From Nemertoderma westbladi (Eukaryota; Animalia; Xenacoelomorpha): a stretch of 64,000 bases of DNA. Positions within the stretch are counted from its first letter, which is position 1; each line of letters begins with the position of its first letter. A model generated the notes under the pieces. It did not search any database. It was given only the letters and a program-made list of their open reading frames with translations, and had not been told where the DNA came from. Position numbers and translations under genes: made by a program. Shown here in pieces: positions 1 to 12,234 of the stretch. The stretch covers positions 1-64,000 of the forward strand of contig JAUCBJ010005099.1 in assembly GCA_032718475.1 (NCBI GenBank), read 5' to 3'.

Positions 1-822
1 AGGAATAATTTGCACATTTTTGCTGTCTGCCCCCAATTTATGACTCAATGCCATCATTGTCAATTAAAAGGACACGCCAGCTTTGATTGTCCCTTTAACC
101 ATGATTTAGAGAGCGTAGATGAAATGATTGTACTACGTTATATCAGAGCTTGGGAAGCGAACGCTGATTTACATTGTGATTCACGCCATCGCTATTATCC
201 TGGACGCGCCTACGAAGGAGTTTATGCGTTCCATCCATATTTGTTTGCCTCCGTCGAGCAGAAATCGCGCCTATCAAGTTATGAACTATTGAAGCGCGTT
301 GGAGAATGTATTTCAACCAAATATGTACGCAAATTCCTCAGGAGCATTAATCCGAGTGACATCAATTCGTATAACTTAATAAACTTTATCCGTCAAGATC
401 CGGCCTATGGAGACTTATTTGTCAACTCACACCCTGAGTTACAGGAAGTATATCGACGGCCTTACGAGTACAGAGCCCGCGAACGCGAGTTGGAAAGAAC
501 CATTAAACCAAGGAAGTTTCTAACTGCCTATGGTCCACCCACGGCCCTCGTTCAGACCACTCGTAAAGGACCCGTAAGAGCGGCTGTCTTGAAACGAGCT
601 CTCAAAGCCGTTAGACCCCTCTCCCCGGACGTTGATGTCAATCAACCCGGTACTTCGACCGGCGGATATACCGATCGCAATCCCATACCTTCTGATGCAA
701 TCATATTGCACCCTTCACCCAGGAGTTATAGCCCTCCTCGTAAAGTGGCTCGCCCCAAAGAGAAAAGGACTCTTGCTAGCTTTAAAAAACTGCGTAAACG
801 CCGTCCGCGCAAGAAAGACTAA
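1..822 (+). CDS. Accessory zinc-knuckle protein of family B (5'-truncated by window edge)
   Basis: Open frame with H.F..C..FM.QCHHCQLKGHASFDC (CX2CX4HX4C), WEANADLH..RYYPGRAYEGVYAFHP block and basic C-terminus (KKLRKRRPRKKD). Aligns by eye with 12235-13749 and 58118-58714. Confidence 0.8.
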   Translation, partial: RNNLHIFAVCPQFMTQCHHCQLKGHASFDCPFNHDLESVDEMIVLRYIRAWEANADLHCDSRHRYYPGRAYEGVYAFHPYLFASVEQKSRLSSYELLKRVGECISTKYVRKFLRSINPSDINSYNLINFIRQDPAYGDLFVNSHPELQEVYRRPYEYRARERELERTIKPRKFLTAYGPPTALVQTTRKGPVRAAVLKRALKAVRPLSPDVDVNQPGTSTGGYTDRNPIPSDAIILHPSPRSYSPPRKVARPKEKRTLASFKKLRKRRPRKKD

Positions 823-899
823 CTGTTTAGAGTATTTGCGTATATTAGAAACTGTGATTTTGTATATTTATAGACTCAAATCCCATTTTCTGGGAGCGG

Positions 900-2127
900 T
901 GTAAAAGCTTCTGTGGGATATAACTGGCCCCTTTTGCTTCGCAATCCAGTTTCCCCCCAGGCGCTGGAATACTCTAAAAAGGTTCTCTAACTGTATATAT
1001 ATTCCCCTCGCCCGCAAGGTACCGTTACAGGTGTTTTAACGGACATAAAAGTCATTCTGCTATATACGTGTTTTGGCGGACATGGTAAGGCAAAAAACCT
1101 GCAATGCACCAACTACCTTTCACAGCTTAGCCGTGATGATTCATATTACGACATCTAACAGCTGGTTGCTGACATGGAAACAGCCATTGGATGCATGGTT
1201 CTTTGTTTGGCTTGAGCCAATCAGAGCGATTTTTCCTGTCGACGTGTAGCTTTTCGGCCGATCATAAGGAGAGTGTTCAGTCTTACTGTTTTTACTTGAT
1301 ACTTTGTTGTTATTGCTGTCTAAGCCAGAAACACCGGCTCTAAGAACTCTAGTAAAACTGCTTAGATTATAGAAAGTATAACTGTTACCGGCGGTGTTAC
1401 CTCACTTAATTTAACTGCACTAATCATATTGTTTGTACTGCTATTTACCGTCAGTTATTAATTGTATCGATTTGTTGATGAAATATTGTCATTTGGAGAA
1501 TATTGATAAATCACCCAAATTTCCCAATTTCTTGATACACTACAGGTTAGAGAGACAGGCTATATATAACAATTGCGATTTATATCAATGTGGTGTGTAT
1601 TGAATCTAATGTTATTTAGTAGACACTACCTGAGTCAATTGCTGTTCTCTTTATGTGTGATCAAATATACTGACGGTCGGCAGAATAGTGTGCATGATTG
1701 TGAGTGTGATGTGACTGGTAACAAAGCATTTCCTAAAGAATGCGACTTATACTTTAATCATAAGCCTTATCGTTGCGTTTAGTATAAGTCCTAGCTCTGT
1801 TTAAATAGATAGAGCGCCACGTCCTAAAGGAACTGTTAATATTTCCCGAAAGTTAATAATATCTGTCAGAAATCACATATTAGCGATCAATCGAATAATA
1901 CAGTAGGCTTACACTGCAACCTTACACTGCAATAATAAAATCTAAGCATCCGAATTCAGCCTCCCGGGTGTAGATCCATCGGGTGAATGATCGCGCATGG
2001 GCTGGCTTCGGCTAATGTTTTGTTTATTAGCATAAAATATTGTCGTATGCTAAAGGTGTGTTAATTAACTAAAAGACATATAAATTTTGGCAGGTTAAAC
2101 TGCTAAAGGTCTTCAAAAGCGCGAACA
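900..2127 (+). repeat. 3' LTR of family B copy 1 (~1.23 kb, TGT...ACA)
   Basis: Begins TGTAAAAGC right after the PPT, ends GCGAACA; matches 56376-57630 in reverse complement. Confidence 0.85.
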
Positions 2128-2780
2128 GAACTCAGTCTTGGAATTAGAAACTCTTGCAGCATTGCCAGATATTTCTTAGCTTTGACAGACGAACCTTCGA
2201 AAATGTATAACTTAAAAAAAAAATTGTTAACTGTTAACTGAAAATGTTAACTTTGGTGTGTCACGGAAGCGTTCTGTCACTTTATGGGGGTTTTTAGTAC
2301 CACAAATTCTGCAGTTCCACCGATTGACAGCGCCACTCAGGTGAAATGTTGCCTCATCGCTAAAGTAAATGTGGGCCGGATTTTTATCTTCTAAATAAAG
2401 CAGAATAGCGTTAGAAGCGCTCACTCTCCTGGAATAGTCGTTGGGTTTGAGCCCGCGCAACATCTGAATTCTATCGTCGAAATTTCAGGTTTTTGGCAAT
2501 TCTTTGAGTGGAGCTTCTGCTTACCCCTACAGCTAAGGACACACGGCGCAAAGAGGTTTCTGGAATGTTAGGAAGTGAATTTTAATAGCAGAAACTTTAT
2601 CTTGGCTAATCGAAGTCCTTTGAGAGCCTGATTTGCGTAATAAAGTTTTTTCACTCTCAAATTTTCTTACAAGACGCGATGTCTGATCTCGTAGGACGCC
2701 GAACACCTACGAACTGGTAAGAAAATTCAAACTGTGTAAGCGTGGAAGACTGCTTTAGGTAGTAGTGGCTCAAACTCACA
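2128..2780 (-). pseudogene. Degraded Tc1/mariner-superfamily transposase, interrupted by the family B LTR
   Basis: ORF 2227-2463 contains IYFSDEATFHLSGAVNRWNCRI..KNPH (first catalytic D motif). Frameshifted flanks read RRVSLAVGVSRSSTQRI (HTH-like) and KYLAMLQEFLIP. Confidence 0.8.
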
Positions 2781-3045
2781 AAAAGTGGCCAAAAAAATTA
2801 ATTTTTTTGTAAAAAAATAAGTTTCCCAAAGTATGTAATATTATACAGTATATCACCAGAAAGCTCTCGATGCGCTGAATTCAATGGTGGTAATTTCCCA
2901 ATAGCCCCGACCTCCTGGAAGCAAATAATTGGGTAACAAATAATTGAGAAAAACAGATGTCCATTCCTGTAACACTTGTCCCACAATGTAACGCTCCGAT
3001 ATCTGCCAATCAGAGCCATTGAATGGTGATTTCCGATGCCTGTAA

Positions 3046-3562
3046 GGCCCCCCTCACAGGGGAGCAACTTGTTTCTGCAACTTGTTTCTGAAACTTGTTG
3101 CTGGACCCCCTCACACACATAAACTTGTTGCTGCAACTTGTTTCAGCAACTTGTTTCCGAAACTTGTTTCTGCAACTTGTTGCTGGACCCCCTCACACAC
3201 AGAAACTTGTTGCTGAAGAAAATAACAATTATTTCCAAATAAATAGCTAACATGTCCAGTCATTTATATATAATATCACATCACTCAATTTATCGAATAT
3301 TAGCTCTAATATAAAAATTGGATGTAAAAAAGGTTTTTAAAAAAGTTGCTGGGTATATAACTTCCAGCAACTTGTTGCTGGACCCCCTTACACACAGAAA
3401 TAAGTTGCGGAAACAAGTTGCAGAAACTTGTTGCTGGAGTCCTCACACACAGAAACAAGTTTCGGAAATAAGTTGCAGCAACAAGTTTATGTGTGTGAGG
3501 GGGTCCAGCAACAAGTTTCAGAAACAAGTTGCAGAAACAAGTTGCTCCGTGTGAGGGGGGCC
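3046..3562. mobile_element. PIF/Harbinger-type MITE
   Basis: Long TIRs GGCCCCCCTCACA... / ...TGTGAGGGGGGCC, TAA duplicated on both sides (3043-3045, 3563-3565), internal AACTTGTT(T/G) repeats, no coding capacity. Confidence 0.85.
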
Positions 3563-3865
3563 TAACAATTTGTCCCACCATGTAACACCAGTTGTAATTA
3601 CGATATGTTAAATTAACCTAGATTTCGTCTCCGAGTGGGAGCTATGCAGCCATTCCTGATCCCAGTAACACATCCCAATAAAGCTTATTTGAAAATATAA
3701 TCAATCATAATAAATCTTTATGGTTCATATTTCTGTTTATTACTTATTATTCTATTACTGTCTATTAACTATGACTTTCTGTTTACTATTAAGTTTATAA
3801 CTGTTATATATCACTATAGCAGAGCAGTTAGTCAAAACCTGTAAATTGTTCATCAGTTTCATCTC

Positions 3866-5141
3866 CACCCTCCACAGAACCTCCTGTATTTCCCATTCCG
3901 TCTCCCACACCCTCCACAGATCCTCCTGTATTTCCCATTCCGTCTCCCACACCGTCCACAGGACCTCCTGTACTTCCCACTCCGTCTCCCACACTGTCCA
4001 CAGGACCTCCTGTACTTCCCACTCCGTCTCCCACACCGTCCACAGGACCTCCTGTACTTTCCATTCCGTCTCCCACACCGTCCACAGAACCTCCTGTATT
4101 TCCCATTCCGTCTCCCACACCCTCCACAGATCCTCCTGTACTTCCCACTCCGTCTCCCACACCGTCCACAGAACCTCCTGTATTTCCGATTCCGTCTCCC
4201 ACACCCTCCTCAGATCCTCCTGTACTTCTCGCCCTGCCTCCTACGCCCTCCACATAACTTCCTGTATTTCCCATTCCGTCTCCCACACCCTCCACAGATC
4301 CTCCTGTACTTCCCACTCCGTCTCCCACACCGTCCACAGAACCTCCTGTATTTCCGACTCCGCCTCCCACACCCTCCTCAGATCCTCCTTTACTTCTCGC
4401 CCTTCCTCCTACACCCTCCACAGAACCTCCTGTATTTCCGACTCCGCCTCCCACACCCTCCTCAGATCCTCCTTTACTTCTCGCCCTTCCTCCTACACCC
4501 TCCACAGAACCTCCTGTATTTCCGACTCCGCCTCCCACACCCTCCTCAGATCCTCCTTTACTTCCCACTCCGTCTCCCACACCCTCCACAGATCCTCCTG
4601 TACTTCCCACTCCGTCTCCCACACCCTCCTCAGATCCTCCTTTACTTCTCGCCCTTCCTCCTACACCCTCCACAGAACCTCCTGTATTTCCGACTCCGCC
4701 TCCCACACCCTCCTCAGATCCTCCTTTACTTCCCACTCCTTCTCCCACACCCTCCACAGATCCTCCTTTACTTCCCACTCCGTCTCCCACACCGTCCACA
4801 GAACCTCCTGTATTTCCGACTCCGCCTCCCACACCCTCCTCAGATCCTCCTTTACTTCCCACTCCGTCTCCCACACCCTCCACAGATCCTCCTTTACTTC
4901 CCACTCCGTCTCCCACACCGTCCACAGAACCTCCTGTACTTCCCACTCCGTCTCCCACACCGTCCACAGAACCTCCTGTATTTCCGACTCCGCCTCCCAC
5001 ACCCTCCTCAGATCCTCCTTTACTTCTCGCCCTGCCTCCTACACCCTCCACAGAACCTCCTGTATTTCCCATTCCGTCTCCCACACCCTCTACAGATCCT
5101 CCTGTACTTCCCACTCCGTCTCCCACACCCTCCACAGAACA
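3866..5141. repeat. 42-bp minisatellite, ~30 copies (possibly a coding Pro/Ser/Thr-rich exon on plus)
   Basis: Unit ~CCACAGAACCTCCTGTA(C/T)TTCCCA(C/T)TCCGTCTCCCACACC(C/G)T; 14-aa periodicity in the ORF track. Confidence 0.9.
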
Positions 5142-5708
5142 CTCAATATACGTTCTAGAACATTTATCAAGAGAAAAACCTGACAAAAAAGCATGAAAAT
5201 TTGTTGAAAAAAAAACAACAAAAATGTTGGCACATACGGAACCATGATTTATTATATATTAACATTTTTTTAAAATTTCTAAAAATACTGAATTTTTTTT
5301 GTGTTCTAGAACCTTCTGTTAGACGTTAGCTATTGCTTTTTTTATGGTTGCTAGTGGTGATTTCTTTTAGGTAGCTACTGTTTTTAAAATGACAAAACCA
5401 AATTTTTGGTACCTAATTTTTGATAAATTTTTTTACCATGTTATTGGATATTATCATGATGTTTTTCGTTCTAGAACATAAATTTCACCTTCTGAGAGAG
5501 GTTACCTATTATTTTTTATTAAGGTAGCTAGTGTTTTTAAAGGCAGCTAGTGATCTTAAAATTACAAAATAATATTTTGGAATATTTGATAAAAAGATAA
5601 ATAAATCTAGTAATAGTAAAATAGGTCTAAATAAGTAAAATAAGTAAAAACTATATTTTGACATCTGCCTATATTTTGTATAAAATCTAAAAAACTAGCT
5701 AGTGAATA

Positions 5709-7648
5709 CTACTGTACTACTACTAGGATCGGCATGCTGCATTGCAGCTGCATTATTAAGAATGCTGTGCCGGCTTGTCGACAAAATTGCGGCGCCACAA
5801 CTCCCTATCACCCATGACATTTGCTAGATCATCCGCATCTTCAAGGCCAGTGTCCTTTAAGATGCGTCTCAAGAAAGTCATGGGCTGTCCATCATGCTTA
5901 TTCACTCCATGAGCTGCCAAAGTACAAGATTATGCACTGGCTGGTCCTCACGGCGAAAGCAATGTCCTGCAAAGCGGAGGCGATTTTGTTCTAGTGTCAA
6001 GCTTGGGGGAACCAATGAGACACCTCCAATGTTATATACTGTCTGGTTGGAGATGTATGCATTGTACTTGACACAATGAACCCGGCGTAGCATTCTTGTG
6101 AATGTGCCATCCAGAGACTGGAACTACTGCTGCTCTAAATAATCGGACCTTAAGTTTCTGATTAATTCTCGGTCATGTCCAAATCCTGGAAAGCTTATTC
6201 AAGGCTGCCCATGCCTTTCCCTTACGTATTCGAAGGTCCTCACCTGACTTCCGGATCCATGATCCCAGGTAACAGAAGTCGTCCACATGCTCAAGCATAC
6301 CATGCTTTGAGCTTATGCTCATCCGATCAGAGACTTGCTGAGAACATTCAAAGTTAACTGTCAAAATTTTGGTCTTTCTGGAGTTAATAAAAAGACCAAC
6401 ACTAGAAGCAGCATGTTCTAATGAGCTGAGGAGCCGTTGGGCTCCCTCTAGTGATTCTGAGAGTACTCCTAAGTCAACGGCAAAGTCTAGATCAGTTAGG
6501 TACTTGGCAGGATTTCCTCGACTTCTGGAGCCAGTAGGTGGAGTTATCATCACCCCATCATCATTATGATGATCTAAGGACATGCGTAGAACATAGTCAA
6601 CCACAATTATGAACAAGAATGGTGCAAGTGTGTCTCCCTGGAGGACGCCTCATAACACTTCAAATGTTTCTGTGTCACCGTCAACAGTAGACACAAATGT
6701 TGTCGAACCATCGTATACTGATCTGATTGCTGCAATAATTTCATCAGGAATCCCATATAATGAAAGTATGCTGAACATACGTGAGCGAGAGACTGAATCA
6801 AAGGCCTTGGGGAAGTCAACAAAGATAACAGCCAGATGCCTGTCTTTCTTTTTTGATAACTCTTCAATTATCCCGCTAAGTGCCAAAATGGGCTCCTTGG
6901 TCCCACGACCTTTACGGAACCCATTCTGATTTCCTCGGAGCAGTCTCTCAATGGGATCCCTGATGCGATTTAATAGAATTCTATTGTATAGCTTTGTAGC
7001 AATCGAGATCAATGAGATTCCCCGAAAAGAACCATAGAGTGTTAAGTTGCCCTTCTTGGGAACTGGCAGCAACTTATTTGTTTTCATTTCTTGTGGGACT
7101 CTTGTTGTACGGTACATGTCTACTATGATGGGATAGATGAGCTTTAAACACTCAGGTATTTTAAAGACCTCAGGGGGAACACCATCTACTCCACTGGCAC
7201 GATTGGTCTTAATGCTCTTTGCAGCAGCCTTCACTTCTGCAAAGGAGATATCGCCAATGGGAATATCTGGGAGTACAGACTCAGACACTTTTACTTCTAT
7301 AAAGTTATCAGGCAATAACCTGTCATTATTGAGGAGCTTTTCAAAGTGGTTCTTCCAACCATTGAGGCGATCGGCTGGTGATTCAGCCTTAACCTTGGTG
7401 GTTGGTTGGCTTTTCCGCCCAGAAAGCAAGTTGATCGATTTCCATGCCTGGGATGATTGCCTGCTGTCGTCAGCATCATTGATGGCATCAACCTGTTGGT
7501 TTATTAGCTCCTGTAGATTAACAGAGTACTGCCTGTTCAGGGACCTAGATGCAGCCTTAACTGCATTCTTGGCCGCTGTAGTCTGTTTGAGTCGGGACTC
7601 TTTCTGCGCCTTGTAGAGGTCCTTTCGGCACTTCTGAATTTTGTTGTC
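5709..7648 (-). mobile_element. 5'-truncated non-LTR retrotransposon of the RTE group (RTE/RTEX/Proto2-like), RT frameshifted
   Basis: RT motifs PKKGNL..FRGISL, QNGFRKGRGT, FVDFPKAFDSV, QGDTLAPFLFIIVVDYVL, DLDFA(V)D, FCYLGS, RLRFAGHC. (GTA/TAG)n tail at ~5707-5725. AGTGAATA duplicated at 5701-5708 and 7649-7656. Confidence 0.9.
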
Positions 7649-8048
7649 AGTGAATAATTACTATCAAATATTATTTAATATTATTTATTAAATATTATTA
7701 TTATCAAATAATATTACACTATTTGACTATCAAATAAAAATTACTAGCTACACCATGACTCATAAATTATTACATGCAAATATATAATTGAGAATTAAAT
7801 TACCGGTATATCTTACATTTACTAGCTAATAAATAGTAAATAGCTAACACAAAATCAAAAGTACTAGCTACTATCTCACTGTCAGAAGGTCAAATATTTG
7901 TTCTAGATAGAAAAAACCTCATAATAAAATGCATTTTTACAAGAAAAAAGTTGGTCAATTTTTTTTTCAATTTTTCAATTATAATTTTTTTCACTAGGTA
8001 ATAAAAAGTACTAGCTAACACAAAATCAAAATTACTAGCTACCATCGT

Positions 8049-9943
8049 TATTCGAAGAGACAGTAACAATACCTGCAATATCCTACTGTAAAGTTTGTGA
8101 ATCAAATCATAAATCCGACCTTCTCACCAAAACAGTAAACTCTAAGTAAGCGAATATATTGCAGTATCGATCTCTTATAACCGGTGAGGCAGAAAACAGT
8201 CTATGAGCAGACAAACTTCGATAAAACAAAATCCCGCGCAGCGAATCCTAAAATCAGGCTGACTCACTGACGGACTAAGAGGCTCGTATACTTTGCCGCG
8301 GTGTGATTTATATGGTTGGGCAAAGAGACGCTAGCTAGGTACAGAGGCAGATATTTGGAGATGTCTAACTAGCGGGCAAAACACAGTAAGGACGAAAGTT
8401 AATTTTATATATTTTGAGGTGTAAATAATTTCTAACGCGCGCGTGTGTTAATTCTGAACAGTCAAAGCAGTTTTGCTCCTTCACATATATAATTACTGGG
8501 TACGGTGTGCATTTTACAAATATTCTAATTTTGTAACTTGTAGGTCCAATACTCACGAATGATAAGGTTCCTTCCCCTCTTGCGTATTTCCAGGACTCAA
8601 ATTCAGGCATAAGGTTAATGCTACGCCCAGAATTCGGCAATTTTAATTTACCAGGTCCCTAATACTAAGAAGAAATGTGTTAGTTTACTACTGTAGGCGT
8701 ACAGTTACTAATAGCTATCCTGGCTCTTATCTAGAATTTTAGTCACCCAGGTAGTCCGGGTAACTTCCTATTAGGGCGTTGGCGGGGACACGGTAGATGT
8801 TAGTATCCCTAATAGCCTCAATTTATTTGCGCCTAGTTGTAAACTGCCCTACCGCCTGAACGGTACAATCCCAATTCAGGTGAAACACAGCAACCCTCCT
8901 AGCCTACAAGTTCTAATGCAATGGACACTGTTGTACTGCAAATAGTCGCAAACGCACCTGTACTTAGCAAGAGTTAGGCGTACAGTTTGCTGCACCCTAC
9001 CAATGTGTATGCTGCGTACCGGTGTGCCTACGTCCTATCTGCGTACTATTATCTGCCTGCGCTCTCCCCCCCCCCCCCCCGTAGGAATGTGAAGGTCTAC
9101 AGTGGTTTTTTCCTGAATCAAGACAGTACAGTCCCTAAGATGTAATTTTAGGCTCACAGCGTGTCACTACTTCTACCTTTTGATCTTTGGTCTTACTCTT
9201 AAGTAGCGAGGCGTCGAACGCTGTCTAACCTTTCAGGCGATGGGCGAATAACTCAAGATGGTATTGCGGGTTGTCTCTTATCTACATTCCCGTGATGTTC
9301 CCGTTCATTGCTGCGGCCCGATCTCTAGCTGGCCATCCTGTCCCTTAGTTGGGTTCACCGTGGTGAATCATGGTAAAACAGATAGAAAAGGCAGATTAGC
9401 GATAATTCTGACTTTATTACAGAAGATATAATTATAATACAATGTAATCTGAAATAAACTAAGCACGACAGAATATTGATAAGATAAGATAATCTGAGAA
9501 GTATAACTAATGAACAAATCGCACCTTTATATAGCAAATTTGTGCTGCAATCAATCGAGAAAATTCTCGATTGTTCTATAGGTTCTAACAGGTTTTTAAA
9601 GATAGCTATTGGTCCAGCTAATATATAACTTGCACGACATTGGTTACAATCAAATAACTACAGTCTCATTGGTACAGACAAATGCAATTAATTTGTAGCG
9701 GTCAATTTAAATGAGTTGAAATTCTGTACAAAAAATAATTCGCACTTACTAGGATTCGAACTCAATACCTACTACACATATAATTTCCAACGCTCTACCG
9801 ACTGAGCTACTGAACCACTTGACCAATAGGCGTACAAATGATAGAACAAACACAAATGAGGACTCAAAGTAATCTTTTACAAAGTTAATTCGAATAAAAT
9901 AAAATTTTGAAAATCCACGGCATTTAGGGAATATAATTCTATA
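8049..9943 (-). repeat. 3' LTR of family A (1895 bp)
   Basis: Direct repeat of 23578-25465. By eye about 4 substitutions, one 2-bp indel and a C15 vs C10 run difference. Confidence 0.97.
9730..9816 (-). other. tRNA-derived Pol III-type unit inside the 3' LTR (A box, B box, T6)
   Basis: Sense GGTTCAGTAGCTCAGTCGGTAGAGC...GAGTTCGAATCC...ATTTTTT. D-arm GCTC/GAGC intact; acceptor and anticodon stems do not pair. Confidence 0.7.
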
Positions 9944-9950
9944 CCGCTCC
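9944..9950 (-). other. Polypurine tract GGAGCGG of family A
   Basis: Abuts the 3' LTR start; same core as the family B PPT (GGGAGCGG). Confidence 0.75.
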
Positions 9951-10540
9951 ATGAAAACAGGATATTATCGTGCATAAAATATACGGTTTTCACCAATAAT
10001 CAATCAAACTATAGAATACTTAGGGCGTACTTACATATTTACAATTAAATTTCAAACAATACTTCCTTTCTACATAATGATTCGATACAAATAATTACAA
10101 ATTCAAACTTTACGTAGTTAAGGCTTTACTAAGTAAGTACAATATAAATCTAAATTAAATTCACCAATATAAATCTATTGCATCTCAAATATTGCATAAA
10201 TTCAAGTAATTACAAATACTTTCGTACCTAAATGTAGATTGCATAAATTCGGAATAATTACAAATATGAGTCTTTCTAAGCACAAAACTTTCTGACTATA
10301 AAACTTTCTAAATACAAAATATAACACTTTACAAATGAAACTATAAGAAAGGCCCACGAGTCTTCCATCTACTCTTACTTTCTATTTCACTGTAAATACA
10401 AATACTGCTTATAAGATATAAATTGCATAGTATTCGGAACAATATAAATTGCATAAGTTCGGAACATTATAAATTGCATAAGTTCGGAATAATCACAAAT
10501 ATAAAATATAAATCTTGCAAAATATAAATTCTTACTAAAT

Positions 10541-12060
10541 ACTAGTGACGGGCCTAGCGGCCCGATAAGGAACCGACTTTTTATTTCAAATAAAAGAGAC
10601 AACGAGAATTATTATAGAACTAATAATTATGTAAAAATACAATCATATTTCATACAATAATTATTAATAAATTCGATCTATTATTAGTTACTCAATTCTA
10701 GAACAAAATCGACCTGCAACTAGTGAAGACCTCGTTTTGGAATTTCGAAACCACGCTGGTGCGATGCGCGATATCGTGTTTAGTTAATAAATTGAAAACT
10801 CCATCAATTCATGTGCAACCAGTAATAAGAAATCGCGATAAATGTAATTTAATAAAAATTATTCTAGAAAAATTTTCCTCAAAAAGTATGAAGTCTTGGC
10901 GTTGGTGACGCGAAACTAGGCTAGTGAGATTCAGGATATTGCGTTTAATATATAAATCGAAAACGCTATCGAATTCCGTAAAGGCGTTAATAAAATACTG
11001 AAACTTTTTTGAAATTTGTAAAATTCTAGAACTGGAAAAAATTATTTTTTGAACGGCGCTGTTTGGGGTTTGGAAACATGGATAGGCTGAAAGAGGACAT
11101 CTAATTAAGTTGAAAAATGAAAACCCCATCGAATTTGGACAAAGCGTTCCGGAGTTATAGCGGATCGAAAAAAATTGACCCCCCCCAGTCGCCAAAAATT
11201 TACAGTAATTTAAAATGTTGCAAAAAAAATTTTTTGCGTTATTTTTGATGGCGAATCGATTGGCAGTACTGGCTACGAAAAATTTTTTTTGAAATTTTTG
11301 GTCAGAAAAAAAACATGGAAAAAGTATATTTTTAAAAAGATTTGATGTCTTTGCCTATGGTCAGAGAATGATCCAACTCTGTAACTTGGCAATCGCTCAA
11401 ATCCATTCAGCTGAATGGCACAGTAGAGTAAACTAAAGTAAATTCCCTATACAATGTTCTGAAGGGGAGACTGACAGAGAGTAATCCAACAATAAAACAT
11501 TTTGCAATAATGTTGGCATTAATGTAGCCAACTCACTGTCTACGTAACTGTCATTCAGCTTACATTAGCAGAGTGAGATATACCCATAGATTGCATTGGG
11601 AAGAGTAATTCAGCTGAGGCGATATTAGATTTCAAACTAAACCAACCAGTTAATAATGTTTGCTTTGACAGAGAGTGGTGGCCTATACAAACAGTATGTG
11701 TGTACTGAGTATAATAGTCTTGGCAACCTCATCGATTTATTACTAAGCCTTCTGTAGTAATGCATTACATAAGCCATTTTTCAGCACGACACCAGCTGTT
11801 ATTGGTGTTATTTTACCATTGCGCCTATGGCGTTTTTTCGTTTATGTCTATTTTTCGAGCCCACGGCTCATGGACGAAATAGCGGAACATACCAGGGACC
11901 TTATAATCGCGGTATCTAGATGCTGTGAAAATTTCATCAAAATCGTTAGAGTAGTTTTGGCTGTAGATTAGTCAGTCAGTCAGTCAGTCAATCAGTCAGT
12001 CAGTCAGCCAGCCAGTCTCGAGCAATTCTTACAGTAATGAACCTCTCGGTTCCTAATAAA
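10541..12060 (+). mobile_element. Helentron/DINE-1-like non-autonomous element nested in the 3' noncoding region of family A
   Basis: Starts ACTAG with hairpin GGGCC-TAGC-GGCCC. Subterminal IR AGGAACCGA / TCGGTTCCT, AAATTTCATCAAAATCG core, (CAGT)n microsatellite at ~11970-12015, 3' hairpin GAACC-TCTC-GGTTC, AT-rich insertion site. Confidence 0.6.
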
Positions 12061-12234
12061 TCTTACTAAATATAAATCTTACTAAATATAAATCTTACTA
12101 AATATAAATTCTTACTAAATATGAGTTCTTCCAGAATACAAAACTTACTAATTAAATATAAAACATATAATTCAAATAAATCACAAATTCACAAGAAAGG
12201 CTCACGAGTCTTCCGTCCACCCTTGCCCTCCCTT

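Larger units (their letters stand above)
1..2127 (+). mobile_element. 3' part of BEL/Pao-related LTR retrotransposon family B, copy 1 (accessory ORF + PPT + 3' LTR); 5' part lies upstream of the window
   Basis: Whole segment is an inverted, diverged copy of ~56376-58530, which is linked to a BEL-type gag-protease ORF. PPT GGGAGCGG at 892-899 abuts TGTAAAAG. Homology to the other copy stops exactly at ...GCGCGAACA (2127), where a mariner remnant begins. Confidence 0.85.

Noticed and set aside
3755-5186. Long ORFs of 452, 445, 149 and 113 aa over the 42-bp array
   Set aside because: Open only because the repeat unit is a multiple of 3 and stop-free; no domain content.
8365-8640. 91-aa ORF duplicated in both LTRs (also 23894-24169)
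   Set aside because: Non-ATG start, no recognisable motif; the identity merely reflects LTR duplication.
9730-9816. Functional tRNA gene
   Set aside because: Acceptor and anticodon stems do not pair; only the promoter boxes and D-arm remain.
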